A stretch of 64,000 bases of DNA from an uncultured Phycisphaerales bacterium (GTDB taxonomy: Bacteria; Planctomycetota; Phycisphaerae; Phycisphaerales; UBA1924), in the NCBI GenBank assembly GCA_903929885.1, contig CAIYWI010000074.1:3868-67867 (forward strand). Reading direction: 5' to 3'. The notes beneath the pieces are model-generated. The model ran no database searches and was not told the origin of the DNA. It was given only the letters and a program-made list of their open reading frames with translations. This document shows, piece after piece, positions 47,256 to 55,650 of the stretch (positions are counted from its first letter, which is position 1; the number at the start of each line of letters is the position of its first letter). The translations under genes and the position numbers were made by a program.

Positions 47256-49229
47256 ATGTCGAACGCATGCTTCATCTGGCGAACCGTCCAACCGACGATG
47301 GTCGCGGCGGCATCGGCCTGCGCGAAGGCCGGCCGGCGCGTCGACGTCATCTGCGCCTCGCCCTGCGTGATCGACGGCGCGCACGTGCATGTGCTGTCCG
47401 ACGACCAGCTTCGCCGCGACCCGCCCCGAGGCATCGAGGCCTCGCCCATCGACGCCATGCGATTCTCCCTCGCGGCCGGCGACCTTGCCGCGTCGCTCCA
47501 CCGCTCGCATGCGTTGGGCGAACTCCACATCGCCTCGGATGAAGGCCCCGGCTGGATCGCGACCCAATCTCGCCACCTCACCGACGCGTTGGCGGGCGCG
47601 ACGGTGATCGTCCACCTCTCGCACCCGACGTCGCTGACGCGGCAGCATGACCGTTCCTCCTGGCACGACCTCGGCGACGCCCTTCGCGATCGCATCGAGC
47701 GACTGGCCGTCGAGCGGGCCGACCTGGCGATCGCGCCCACGCGGGCGATGGCCGATGCGGCGGGCTGGGGCCCGCGTCCGCTGCGACTGCACCGCCCGCT
47801 GCTGCGGCCGCTTCGCGCAACGCGGCCGAACGCCACGGGCGTCCTGTGCCCGGGCCCGGTGCGAGCGCACCTGCACCACGACGTGGTCGTGCGGGCCTTC
47901 GTCGCGGCATTCGACGGCATCCCTGCCCCTTCACGGCGGCTGCTGATCGAGGGACCGGACACCCCCACCGGCCCGCTCGGCGTCAGTTGCGTCTCTCGCC
48001 TGTCGCGTCATGTGCCCGCCGGCCTGCGCGACGCCGTCACCATCGGCGTGCCTGCGGGCGAGACGATCGATGCCGACACGATCGTGCTCGCGGGCTCGCT
48101 CGTCGTCGATCACCATGCGGTCCTCGAGGCCTTCGCGTCGGGCGCGAGGGTGCTGTGCGCCGACACGCCCGAGCACCGCGAACTCGCCGCGGCGGCGGGC
48201 GCGGAGGCGACGTGGTTCGCCCCGGGCGATGTCGCGGGCCTGGCCGCGTTGCTCGCGTCGCGACCGACGACTCGCCCGCCGTCGTCGCCTCGCGGATTCG
48301 TCGAATGGACACACCTCCCCGCGCCGTCGCCGCCGACGGTCGCCATCACGTCCATTCCGCCGGCCGACGTGACGGTGGTCATCCCGCACTTCAACCTGGG
48401 AGCGCACCTTCCGGCGACGCTCGCGAGCGTGGCGGGGCAGACGGTGCGGGGCTGCCGCACGCTGGTCGTCGACGACGGTTCGACCGACGCGTCGTCGCTG
48501 GCCCTGATCGACGCCCTCGAGCGATCTGGAACGCCGGTGCTCCGCAAGCCCAACGGCGGGCTCGGGAGCGCTCGCAACGCGGGCCTGCTCGCCGCGACCA
48601 CGCCATGGGTGCTGACGCTCGACGCAGACGACATCCTCGCGCCGGACTTTCTCGAGAAGACGCTGGCCGCGGCGGCCCGCTCGCCCCGAGCGGCGGCCGT
48701 GGGCACGTTCATGCGATGCTTCACGACTGATCCCGCGATCGCGACGGGCGGGTGGATGCCCCTGGGATTCGACCGCGACCTCTTGGCCAGCGCCAACCAC
48801 GCGTGCCCGGCGTCGTGCCTGCTGCGACGCGATGTCGTGCTGGAGGCGGGCGGCTACGACGAGCACCTGGTCTCCTTCGAGGACTGGGACCTGTGGTGCA
48901 CGCTGGCGGAACGCGGCCACGAGGCGGCGATCGTGCCCGAGTTCCTGCTCCATTACCGCCAGCGGCCCGACTCGATGTACCACGCGCTGGCGATCCGCAA
49001 CGAGGCGCTGCTTCGAAGCCAGCTGCTGGCGCGACACCCGCGCCTGTGCGACGACTGGTCTCGCGCCCTGCGCGTCGAGGTGGCGATGCGTCACCACGTC
49101 GAGTTCGGGCAGGGCGCGACGGGCAAGCCCCTCCGCTACGCCCTCGCCGACCGCATGAATCACGCGCTCAAGCGACTGGGCATTCACGAGGCCGTCAAGC
49201 GCCTGGTGTCGAGGGCCCCTCGTCCTTGA
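47256..49229 (+). CDS. two-domain glycosyltransferase (GT-B/GT4-like N-half fused to GT2 C-half)
   Basis: ATG at 47256 within ORF 46965..49229. The N-half ends in EAFASGARVLCADTPEHRE (GT-B E-x7-E-like). The C-half has VTVVIPHFN...LVVDDGSTD...LTLDADD (GT-A). Confidence 0.75.
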   Translation: MSNACFIWRTVQPTMVAAASACAKAGRRVDVICASPCVIDGAHVHVLSDDQLRRDPPRGIEASPIDAMRFSLAAGDLAASLHRSHALGELHIASDEGPGWIATQSRHLTDALAGATVIVHLSHPTSLTRQHDRSSWHDLGDALRDRIERLAVERADLAIAPTRAMADAAGWGPRPLRLHRPLLRPLRATRPNATGVLCPGPVRAHLHHDVVVRAFVAAFDGIPAPSRRLLIEGPDTPTGPLGVSCVSRLSRHVPAGLRDAVTIGVPAGETIDADTIVLAGSLVVDHHAVLEAFASGARVLCADTPEHRELAAAAGAEATWFAPGDVAGLAALLASRPTTRPPSSPRGFVEWTHLPAPSPPTVAITSIPPADVTVVIPHFNLGAHLPATLASVAGQTVRGCRTLVVDDGSTDASSLALIDALERSGTPVLRKPNGGLGSARNAGLLAATTPWVLTLDADDILAPDFLEKTLAAAARSPRAAAVGTFMRCFTTDPAIATGGWMPLGFDRDLLASANHACPASCLLRRDVVLEAGGYDEHLVSFEDWDLWCTLAERGHEAAIVPEFLLHYRQRPDSMYHALAIRNEALLRSQLLARHPRLCDDWSRALRVEVAMRHHVEFGQGATGKPLRYALADRMNHALKRLGIHEAVKRLVSRAPRP

Positions 49230-52200
49230 ACCGCTCCGCCGCGCGACGCTTGGCCGCCAAGAGCCCGCCCTCGACCTCGCCGGCCGCCGCCGGCCGGGGC
49301 GACGGTTCGGCCGCGGGCGTGCCCGCGTTCTCGGCCTGCGCCCGCAGCGACTCGAGGGCGGCGGCGCGTCGTCGATCCCTGGCCTGCATCGCGAGCCGCT
49401 CCGCCTCCTGCGGCCCCAGCGCCACGCCATCGGCCGCGTCGATCCCCTGACGCTGCTCGCTGGAGGTGCGCAGCGACGCAAGCCGCTCGGCGGCCAGCGC
49501 GGGGGCGGTGTTCTCCGCGCGTCCGAGCAGGCCGTCTCGCAGCGAGACGACCCAGCGATCCCACGCCACGCGCCGATTGGCCACGTCGAGCAGCAACGCG
49601 CCCAGCGCGATCCACGCCAACAGGTGCCAGAAGGGAAGCAGACTCTCCCTGGGCGGCACGCCCGCGCGGTCGAACAGTCCCGCCTCCGCGGGCCGATCGA
49701 GCGACAGCACCCGTCCGCCGCTCCGCTCGGCGACCTGGCGCAGCACGCGATCGTTGCTGGACCTGAACCTGAACTCGACGCCGTGATTGATCGTCGTGCC
49801 AGCGATGAGCGGGGCCAACGGACGACCGTCGAGCCGCGGCCTCACGAGCGTCACGTACGTGCCCGCGGCGGATGCGGGCGTGGCACCCTCGAACTCGCCG
49901 GGGCCGGACGGCTCGAGTCGCACGGTCACGGGCGAGCCCCCCGGAGGGTGGACCACCGCATCGACGACGACCCGATCGGCGGCGGCGTCGGCGGCATCGA
50001 CGGTGGCCCGGACGCGCAACATGCCGTCGCCGGCCGCCGCGGAGGCCAGCACCCGCGGCGCCGCCGCTCCGTCGCGGACGACCTGGGTGCGAAAGACCTG
50101 CTGCCCGGGCATCAGCGCGGCGGACACGGAGGTGCGAGCGACGCCGCGGACCACCTGCGTCCAGAACTGCTCGAAGGTGGCGTCCCTGGTCCACTCGGCC
50201 GCCCAGCGATGAGCGTCGGAGGTGAAGGCCGCCACGGTGCCCAACCCCGCCTGCCAATGGGCGAAGACCGGCTCGCCCCCCGGCGTGGTCATGGCGTTGA
50301 CGACCGTGGGCTCGACCCTCGCCTGCGTGAGCGCCAGGCCGCCGAGTCCGGGCACCTTGGAGATGCCCGCCAGCAGCGGCGATCCCGACGCGAGCACGAC
50401 CGGCTCGAAGGGCTCTTCGCGAATCAGCGGCGTTCGCACGACGCGAACGGCCTTGACGAAGACCTGCGGCAGCGTGTCGGGGTTGGTGACGTAGAAGTGG
50501 GTGCCCCCGCCTCGGGCGGCCATCGCGTTCATCGTGGGCGTGTCGGCATCGTCGCCGATGGCGATGGTCGAGACCTTGATGCCGTCGGTCGCGAGCGACT
50601 CGCACAAGGCCGGGAGGTCGCCCGCCCGCTCCGAGCGACCGTCCGAGAGGAACACGATGTGCTTGTGCTTGGCCTTGACCTCGCGGAGACGCTCGCCGGC
50701 GCGAACCAGCGCGGGACCGGCGTTGGTGCCTCCGCCCGACAGGATCCCTCGCACCTTGGCGGCCGTCGCGTCGGGGTCGGCGTGCGGCGCGAGGGGCACC
50801 AACTCTTCGAAGGTGCTCTCGAAGGTGATGACGCCCACCTGGTCGCTCCGTTCGAGCGTCCGGATGGCGATGGCCGCCGCGTCGTTGGCGATCTCCTGCT
50901 GGGTGCGCGACGACCCGAGCACGTAGCGCCACATCGAGCCCGAGTTGTCGAGCACGAAGACGATGGCGACCTGCGACGTGACGAGTTTCTCGGGCAGATC
51001 GAGCCGCACCGGCAGGATGGGCTCGATGGGCGTGCCCTTCCAGCCCCCGGCGCCGAACGAGTCGGGCCCGCCGACCATCACCAGCCCGCCGCCCATGTCC
51101 TGCACGAAGGTGGCCATCGCCTGCTGCGTCTCGGGCGACATCGCGTCGGCCGGCACGTTCTGCAGGATGACGGCGTCGTGATCCTGCAGGGCCAGCAGGT
51201 CGGAGGGCGCGGCGGCCGCGGGCAGCAGCGTCACGTCGAGCCCCGCCCGTCGCAGCGTCGAGGCCAAGAGCGACCCGCGTCCCGATGGGTCGCCGTCGCT
51301 CACGCCGTCGAGGACCAGCACCGAACCGTCGCCCGGCGCCACGGTGAAGCCCTCGGCCACGTTGTTGTCGGGCACGGTATCGCCCACGGGCACCGTCTCG
51401 CCCGCGGCGTTGGCGACGGTCTCGGGCTCGAACACCGCGCGAAAACGATGCACGCGACGGCCATCGAGTTGCACGTCGACGCGTTCGACGTTCATGCCCG
51501 CCGCGAGCGCCACGGGTCTCGCGTCGCCGGGTTGATCGGGCGAAAGGTCGACCGGCCGGTCGTCCATGAAGAGCCGCAGGAATCCCCTCGCCTCGCTCGC
51601 GGCCGAGATCATGACCCGCACCGGCATGGGCGCGGAGGCCTGCACCGCGCCGGGCACGTCCACCTGCTCGACCGCCACCTCGCGCTCGAGGGCGTAGGAC
51701 AAGGGCAGCACGTCGATGGGCACCCGAGTCGCGCCCCCGCCGGCCTCGGACGCGGCGCCCAGCACGTCGCCCGCCGTCTGGTTGCCGTCGCTGACGAGCA
51801 GCAGTCGCCCCGCGGCGTCCGGGGGGATGATGGATCTCGCCAGGCGGATGGCGGCGGCGATGTCGGTGCCCTCCGCCATCCGACGCTCCCAATCTCGCCC
51901 GGTCGCATCGGCACGCGAGGGCCGGCTCACCACCACGCTCGCCCCGTCGAAGAGCACCAACCCCACGAGGTCCTCGTCGCCGCGACGTCCCGTCGCGCGG
52001 CCCAGCCACTCGCGGACGCTGTCGAGAATCCGGCCCCGAGTCATCGCGTCGCCGGCGAAGGTGCGGACCGAAGCCGAGACGTCGACGACGGCGACGAGCG
52101 CGAACCGATCGGTCACGCGAACGGTGTGGGGCCCCGCGAGGGCCACGGCCAGCACCGAGAGCAGCACGAACCTGAGCACGCCCGCGAGGACGCGACGGGA

Positions 52201-52299
52201 GGCTGCGACGGTCCGCATGCGGGGCGCACCCGCCACCGCCGCCGCGAGGGCGACGATGATGAGCAGCAGCCACCACGGATGCTCGAATCGCACGGGCAC
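49195..52299 (-). CDS. BatA-N / von Willebrand factor A domain membrane protein
   Basis: 1034 aa. N-terminal MPVRFEHPWWLLLIIVALA resembles the aerotolerance BatA N-domain. Two VWA-like MIDAS segments (VAVVDVSASV...LVSDGNQT; IVFVLDNSGSM...FLSDGRS). C-terminal TM span plus a charged coiled tail. Confidence 0.8.
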   Translation of the reverse strand: MPVRFEHPWWLLLIIVALAAAVAGAPRMRTVAASRRVLAGVLRFVLLSVLAVALAGPHTVRVTDRFALVAVVDVSASVRTFAGDAMTRGRILDSVREWLGRATGRRGDEDLVGLVLFDGASVVVSRPSRADATGRDWERRMAEGTDIAAAIRLARSIIPPDAAGRLLLVSDGNQTAGDVLGAASEAGGGATRVPIDVLPLSYALEREVAVEQVDVPGAVQASAPMPVRVMISAASEARGFLRLFMDDRPVDLSPDQPGDARPVALAAGMNVERVDVQLDGRRVHRFRAVFEPETVANAAGETVPVGDTVPDNNVAEGFTVAPGDGSVLVLDGVSDGDPSGRGSLLASTLRRAGLDVTLLPAAAAPSDLLALQDHDAVILQNVPADAMSPETQQAMATFVQDMGGGLVMVGGPDSFGAGGWKGTPIEPILPVRLDLPEKLVTSQVAIVFVLDNSGSMWRYVLGSSRTQQEIANDAAAIAIRTLERSDQVGVITFESTFEELVPLAPHADPDATAAKVRGILSGGGTNAGPALVRAGERLREVKAKHKHIVFLSDGRSERAGDLPALCESLATDGIKVSTIAIGDDADTPTMNAMAARGGGTHFYVTNPDTLPQVFVKAVRVVRTPLIREEPFEPVVLASGSPLLAGISKVPGLGGLALTQARVEPTVVNAMTTPGGEPVFAHWQAGLGTVAAFTSDAHRWAAEWTRDATFEQFWTQVVRGVARTSVSAALMPGQQVFRTQVVRDGAAAPRVLASAAAGDGMLRVRATVDAADAAADRVVVDAVVHPPGGSPVTVRLEPSGPGEFEGATPASAAGTYVTLVRPRLDGRPLAPLIAGTTINHGVEFRFRSSNDRVLRQVAERSGGRVLSLDRPAEAGLFDRAGVPPRESLLPFWHLLAWIALGALLLDVANRRVAWDRWVVSLRDGLLGRAENTAPALAAERLASLRTSSEQRQGIDAADGVALGPQEAERLAMQARDRRRAAALESLRAQAENAGTPAAEPSPRPAAAGEVEGGLLAAKRRAAERFKDEGPSTPGA

Positions 52300-52371
52300 G
52301 AGGGAAGCGTAGTGGCGGGATCGACGCCGCAGATCGGGCCGGCGGGGATCGCGGGCTGTACCCTTGCGACC

Positions 52372-53172
52372 ATGGGAAGCCCGGTCCTGCTCACGTCAAC
52401 GCTGCTGGCCTCGTGCAGCATCCCGCACGCCTTCACGACACGGCTGGGGGGTCATTCGACGGGCATCTTCGACTCGCTCAACTTCGGGAATCCGTCGGAC
52501 CTGCCGCCCGAGCGTCGCGACCCGGCGTCGCGGATCGCCCTCAACAAGGAGGCGGCGCTGCATGCCACCGGCATGACCGGTCGCGAGTTCGTGGAGGTGC
52601 ACCAGGTGCACGGCGACGTGGTGCACGTGGTGACGGCGGGCTCGCCCACGCACGCGGGGCCGGAGACGACCAGGGCCGACGCGATCGTGAGCGACGACGC
52701 GAGGCGAGCGGTGGCGGTGCGCGTGGCCGACTGCACGCCGCTGCTGCTGGCGACGGCCGACGGGCGGCTGGTGGCGGCGGTGCATGCCGGGTGGCGGGGC
52801 GTGGTGGCGGACGTGGCCTCGCGAACGGTCGAGGCCATGGTGAACCTGGGCGCGTCGCCGCGGGACCTGGTGGCGGCCATCGGCCCGTGCATCTCGGAAC
52901 CGGAGTTCGAGATCGGCCCGGAGGTGGTCGAGGCCTTTCGGCGGCGGTTCGGCGATCACACGCCCCACGTGCGCACCACGCCCGACGGCAAGGGTCGCGC
53001 GGACATGCAAGGGGCGATTCGCGCCACCCTCGAGGGGTTGGGCGTTCGACGCGTCGACGTGCTGGCACGCTGCACCGTGCGGGAGCCGTCGCACTTCTTC
53101 TCGCATCGACGCGACCGCGGAGTCACGGGCCGCATGGCGGCCTTCATCGGCGTCATCGACCGCGCCCGTTGA
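52372..53172 (+). CDS. pgeF: peptidoglycan editing factor PgeF (YfiH/DUF152 purine-nucleoside phosphorylase-like)
   Basis: ATG at 52372 within ORF 49624..53172. HAFTTRLGG, QVHG, ADCTPLLL, AVHAGWRG, CI and FSHRR blocks. Confidence 0.88.
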   Translation: MGSPVLLTSTLLASCSIPHAFTTRLGGHSTGIFDSLNFGNPSDLPPERRDPASRIALNKEAALHATGMTGREFVEVHQVHGDVVHVVTAGSPTHAGPETTRADAIVSDDARRAVAVRVADCTPLLLATADGRLVAAVHAGWRGVVADVASRTVEAMVNLGASPRDLVAAIGPCISEPEFEIGPEVVEAFRRRFGDHTPHVRTTPDGKGRADMQGAIRATLEGLGVRRVDVLARCTVREPSHFFSHRRDRGVTGRMAAFIGVIDRAR

Positions 53173-53184
53173 TCGCGCGAGGGC

Positions 53185-53733
53185 TCACTCCTCCTCGACG
53201 CCCATGCGCTTGTGACCTTCGTCGCGGATCTTGAGGCACTTCTCGATCTCGGCCTTCGCCACGTCGAGCTTGTCGTCGAGGATCGCAGACTCGGCGGCCA
53301 GAAGGGTCTGCTCGAGGAGGATCATGTCCTTGCGATAGGGCACGAGCGCCGCGAGCTTCTTGGCCGGATCGGTCTCCTCCTGCCACGGGCCGCGGGGGAT
53401 GCCCGCCTTGGCGGCCAGGCACGCGCGCTGGGCCTCGGTGATCAGGCCCACATTCTCGACCTTCTTCGAGGCGTCGGTCGCCTGCTTGGCGAGCCGGTTG
53501 AGCGCACGGCCCATGGTCTTCATCGAGCGTTCGACGGACACCGCCGCCTCGGCGCGGGCGGCGCCCCGTTCACCCCGCTCGCCCCGCTCGGGACCGCCGG
53601 GCCCCTGGCGGGGCTGGGGCGTTGGCTGGGCGGGATCGCCCGCGGGCTGAGCCAGCAGCAGGCCGGACGCCGCGACCAGACCGGCGACGGCGGCAACGAG
53701 GGCGACGGAACGAACGGCGCGACGCGTCTGCAT
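53185..53733 (-). CDS. secreted four-helix-bundle protein, cytochrome b562-like (tentative)
   Basis: ORF 53185..53760. The ATG at 53733 gives signal peptide MQTRRAVRSVALVAAVAGLVAASGLLLAQ. A GTG at 53760 would overlap the kinase stop by 4 nt. Helical MKTMGRALNRLAKQ...AKAEIEKCLKIRDEGHK loosely resembles cytochrome b562. Confidence 0.55.
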   Translation of the reverse strand: MQTRRAVRSVALVAAVAGLVAASGLLLAQPAGDPAQPTPQPRQGPGGPERGERGERGAARAEAAVSVERSMKTMGRALNRLAKQATDASKKVENVGLITEAQRACLAAKAGIPRGPWQEETDPAKKLAALVPYRKDMILLEQTLLAAESAILDDKLDVAKAEIEKCLKIRDEGHKRMGVEEE

Positions 53734-53756
53734 GATGGTCACTCCAAGGGCGATCG

Positions 53757-55415
53757 TCACTCCCGGTCACCGGACCAGGGACGGCCGCCAGAGAGCGTAC
53801 CCCGCAACCTCGCCTCGAGCGCGGCCTCCGCCGCGTGCGAGGCGGCGAGCGACAAGGGCATGATCAGACTGAACATGCTGCCCCGATTGACCCCCGACAC
53901 GAGTTGGATCTCGCAGTTGAGCACGTGCGCCAACTCGCGGCAGATGGCCAGCCCCAGTCCCGTGCCGGTCGACTCGCGCGTGTGCCCGGCATCGACCTGG
54001 TAGAACTTGTCGAAAATCCGCTGCTGCTCCTCCTCGGGGATGCCCGGCCCGTTGTCGATGACGCTCACGCGGACCTTCATCTGCTCCTCGGGACGCGCGG
54101 GAGGGAGCTTGTCGACCCGGAGCACGATCTCGGGCACGCGCCCCGAGCGTTCCTGGGGGAGCGAGAACTTCACGGCGTTGGAGAGGAAGTTGAAGATGAT
54201 CTGCTGGAACTTCTTGATGTCGGTGACGACGGCGGGCACGTCGTCCTGCACCTCGAGCCGCGTGTCGATGCCGCGACGGGCGGCCAGGGGGTGGATGAGC
54301 CCCAACAGCCCCTCGCAGGCGTCGCGAAGCACCACGCGTTCGGGCTGGATGTCGATGCGTCCGGCCTCGATGCGGGCCATCTCGAGCAGGGAGTTGATGT
54401 GGGCGAGCAGATTGCGCCCGGCGGTGTCGATGTTGGAGAGATAGCGGACGCGACGCTGGATCGCCGGCGAGACGTCCTCCTGGCCGGCCTCGGACTTGGC
54501 CTGCTCGAGCAGGAGCTCGGCGAACCCGATGATGCTGTTGAGGGGCGTGCGCAGTTCGTGACTCACGTTGGCGAGGAACTCGCCCTTGAGCCGGGCCGAC
54601 TCGTGGAGCAGCGTGTTGCTCTCGGCCATCTCGTGGAGCTTGACGTCCATGGCCTGGTTGAGGGCCCGCAGCCGATCCTGGTTGCTCTGCAGGTCGGTGA
54701 GCATCATGTTGAACGTGCGCGCGAGCTCCTCGAACTCGTCGCCGGTCGAGATGTCGCTGCGAACGGCCACGTTGCCCTCGCGCACCCGCTCGGCGGTGTC
54801 CTTGAGGGCCCGGACCGGCTGGAGGATGATGCGGTGCGTGATGAGGTAGAAGACCAGCACCGCCAGCGACAGCACCGCCGCCGCCGCCGCGGCGAAGAAG
54901 ATCCCGCCGACCCACAGCAGGCGGAAGGTCTCGAGCGACTGGCGGCGGAGCACCACCAGACCGGTGATGCGACTCGGGGCCGACCGCTCGACCCGGGCGT
55001 AGTCGTACAGGCGGGTGATGCCCTGCCATCGCTGGGCATGGTGATCGGTCACCCGTGGCTCGGCCTCGAAGGCATCGAGGGCGGCCGCGATGAAGACATC
55101 CGACGCCCGCATGCGTCGAGCCTGCTCGACCGAGATTCGCTCGGCGTTGATGCCGGCGTGGCGTTGGTCGGAGAGGGCGGGCACCTGCAAGGCGGGGAAC
55201 AGGGGTTGCCCGGTCGAGTCGGGCCGTTCGCGACGGTGCTGGTCGTCGAGTTCGATCCAGACATCCACCAGGTCGCGGGAGCGCTGGATCTCGGCCTCGT
55301 CGATCAGCCGCCACATCCGCAAGGCGGGGAAGGCCAGGGCGGCGACGACGATGAGAACGACGGCGCCTCCGAAGAGGAGCAGGCACTTGTTGGCCAGGCT
55401 GATGCCGCGGAACAT
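53757..55415 (-). CDS. sensor histidine kinase (two TM, HAMP, HisKA, HATPase_c)
   Basis: ATG at 55415 within ORF 53757..55508. HAMP region (ILQPVRALKDTAERVREGN), H-box FLANVSHELRTPLNSIIGF, N-box, DNGPGI and GTGLGLAI. Confidence 0.9.
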   Translation of the reverse strand: MFRGISLANKCLLLFGGAVVLIVVAALAFPALRMWRLIDEAEIQRSRDLVDVWIELDDQHRRERPDSTGQPLFPALQVPALSDQRHAGINAERISVEQARRMRASDVFIAAALDAFEAEPRVTDHHAQRWQGITRLYDYARVERSAPSRITGLVVLRRQSLETFRLLWVGGIFFAAAAAAVLSLAVLVFYLITHRIILQPVRALKDTAERVREGNVAVRSDISTGDEFEELARTFNMMLTDLQSNQDRLRALNQAMDVKLHEMAESNTLLHESARLKGEFLANVSHELRTPLNSIIGFAELLLEQAKSEAGQEDVSPAIQRRVRYLSNIDTAGRNLLAHINSLLEMARIEAGRIDIQPERVVLRDACEGLLGLIHPLAARRGIDTRLEVQDDVPAVVTDIKKFQQIIFNFLSNAVKFSLPQERSGRVPEIVLRVDKLPPARPEEQMKVRVSVIDNGPGIPEEEQQRIFDKFYQVDAGHTRESTGTGLGLAICRELAHVLNCEIQLVSGVNRGSMFSLIMPLSLAASHAAEAALEARLRGTLSGGRPWSGDRE

Positions 55416-55529
55416 CGCTGGGGCAAGCGTAGCGAGGGAGGCGTGCGGGCCCCCGGGGTCGCCGGCCCGGTCCCCTTGACGAGTGGGCCGCGGCCGGGCG
55501 AGGGCCACTGTTTTCCCTCCCGCCTACTT

Positions 55530-55559
55530 TTCGCCGATGAAGGGCGATGGATCGGCGAA
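55530..55559. promoter_or_regulatory. perfect 9-bp inverted repeat TTCGCCGAT-N12-ATCGGCGAA in the divergent kinase/gspD intergenic region
   Basis: Read directly from the sequence. It lies about 90 nt upstream of the gspD GTG and about 115 nt upstream of the kinase ATG. Confidence 0.3.
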
Positions 55560-55650
55560 TACCCCGTCCGGGCGGGGTGACCGCCGGCCGCGATGGCCCG
55601 AGACCTCGGGGGCGGGGTTGAACCGTGACGGGACGAACCGGAGACGCAGC

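Noticed and set aside
49184-53172. 1030-aa minus-strand ORF (49184..52276) and 1182-aa plus-strand ORF (49624..53172)
   Set aside because: The first is a shifted frame of the BatA/VWA gene and is a Arg/Gly/Pro-rich string. In the second, only the last 266 codons (from the ATG at 52372) are real (PgeF); the rest is antisense to the VWA gene.
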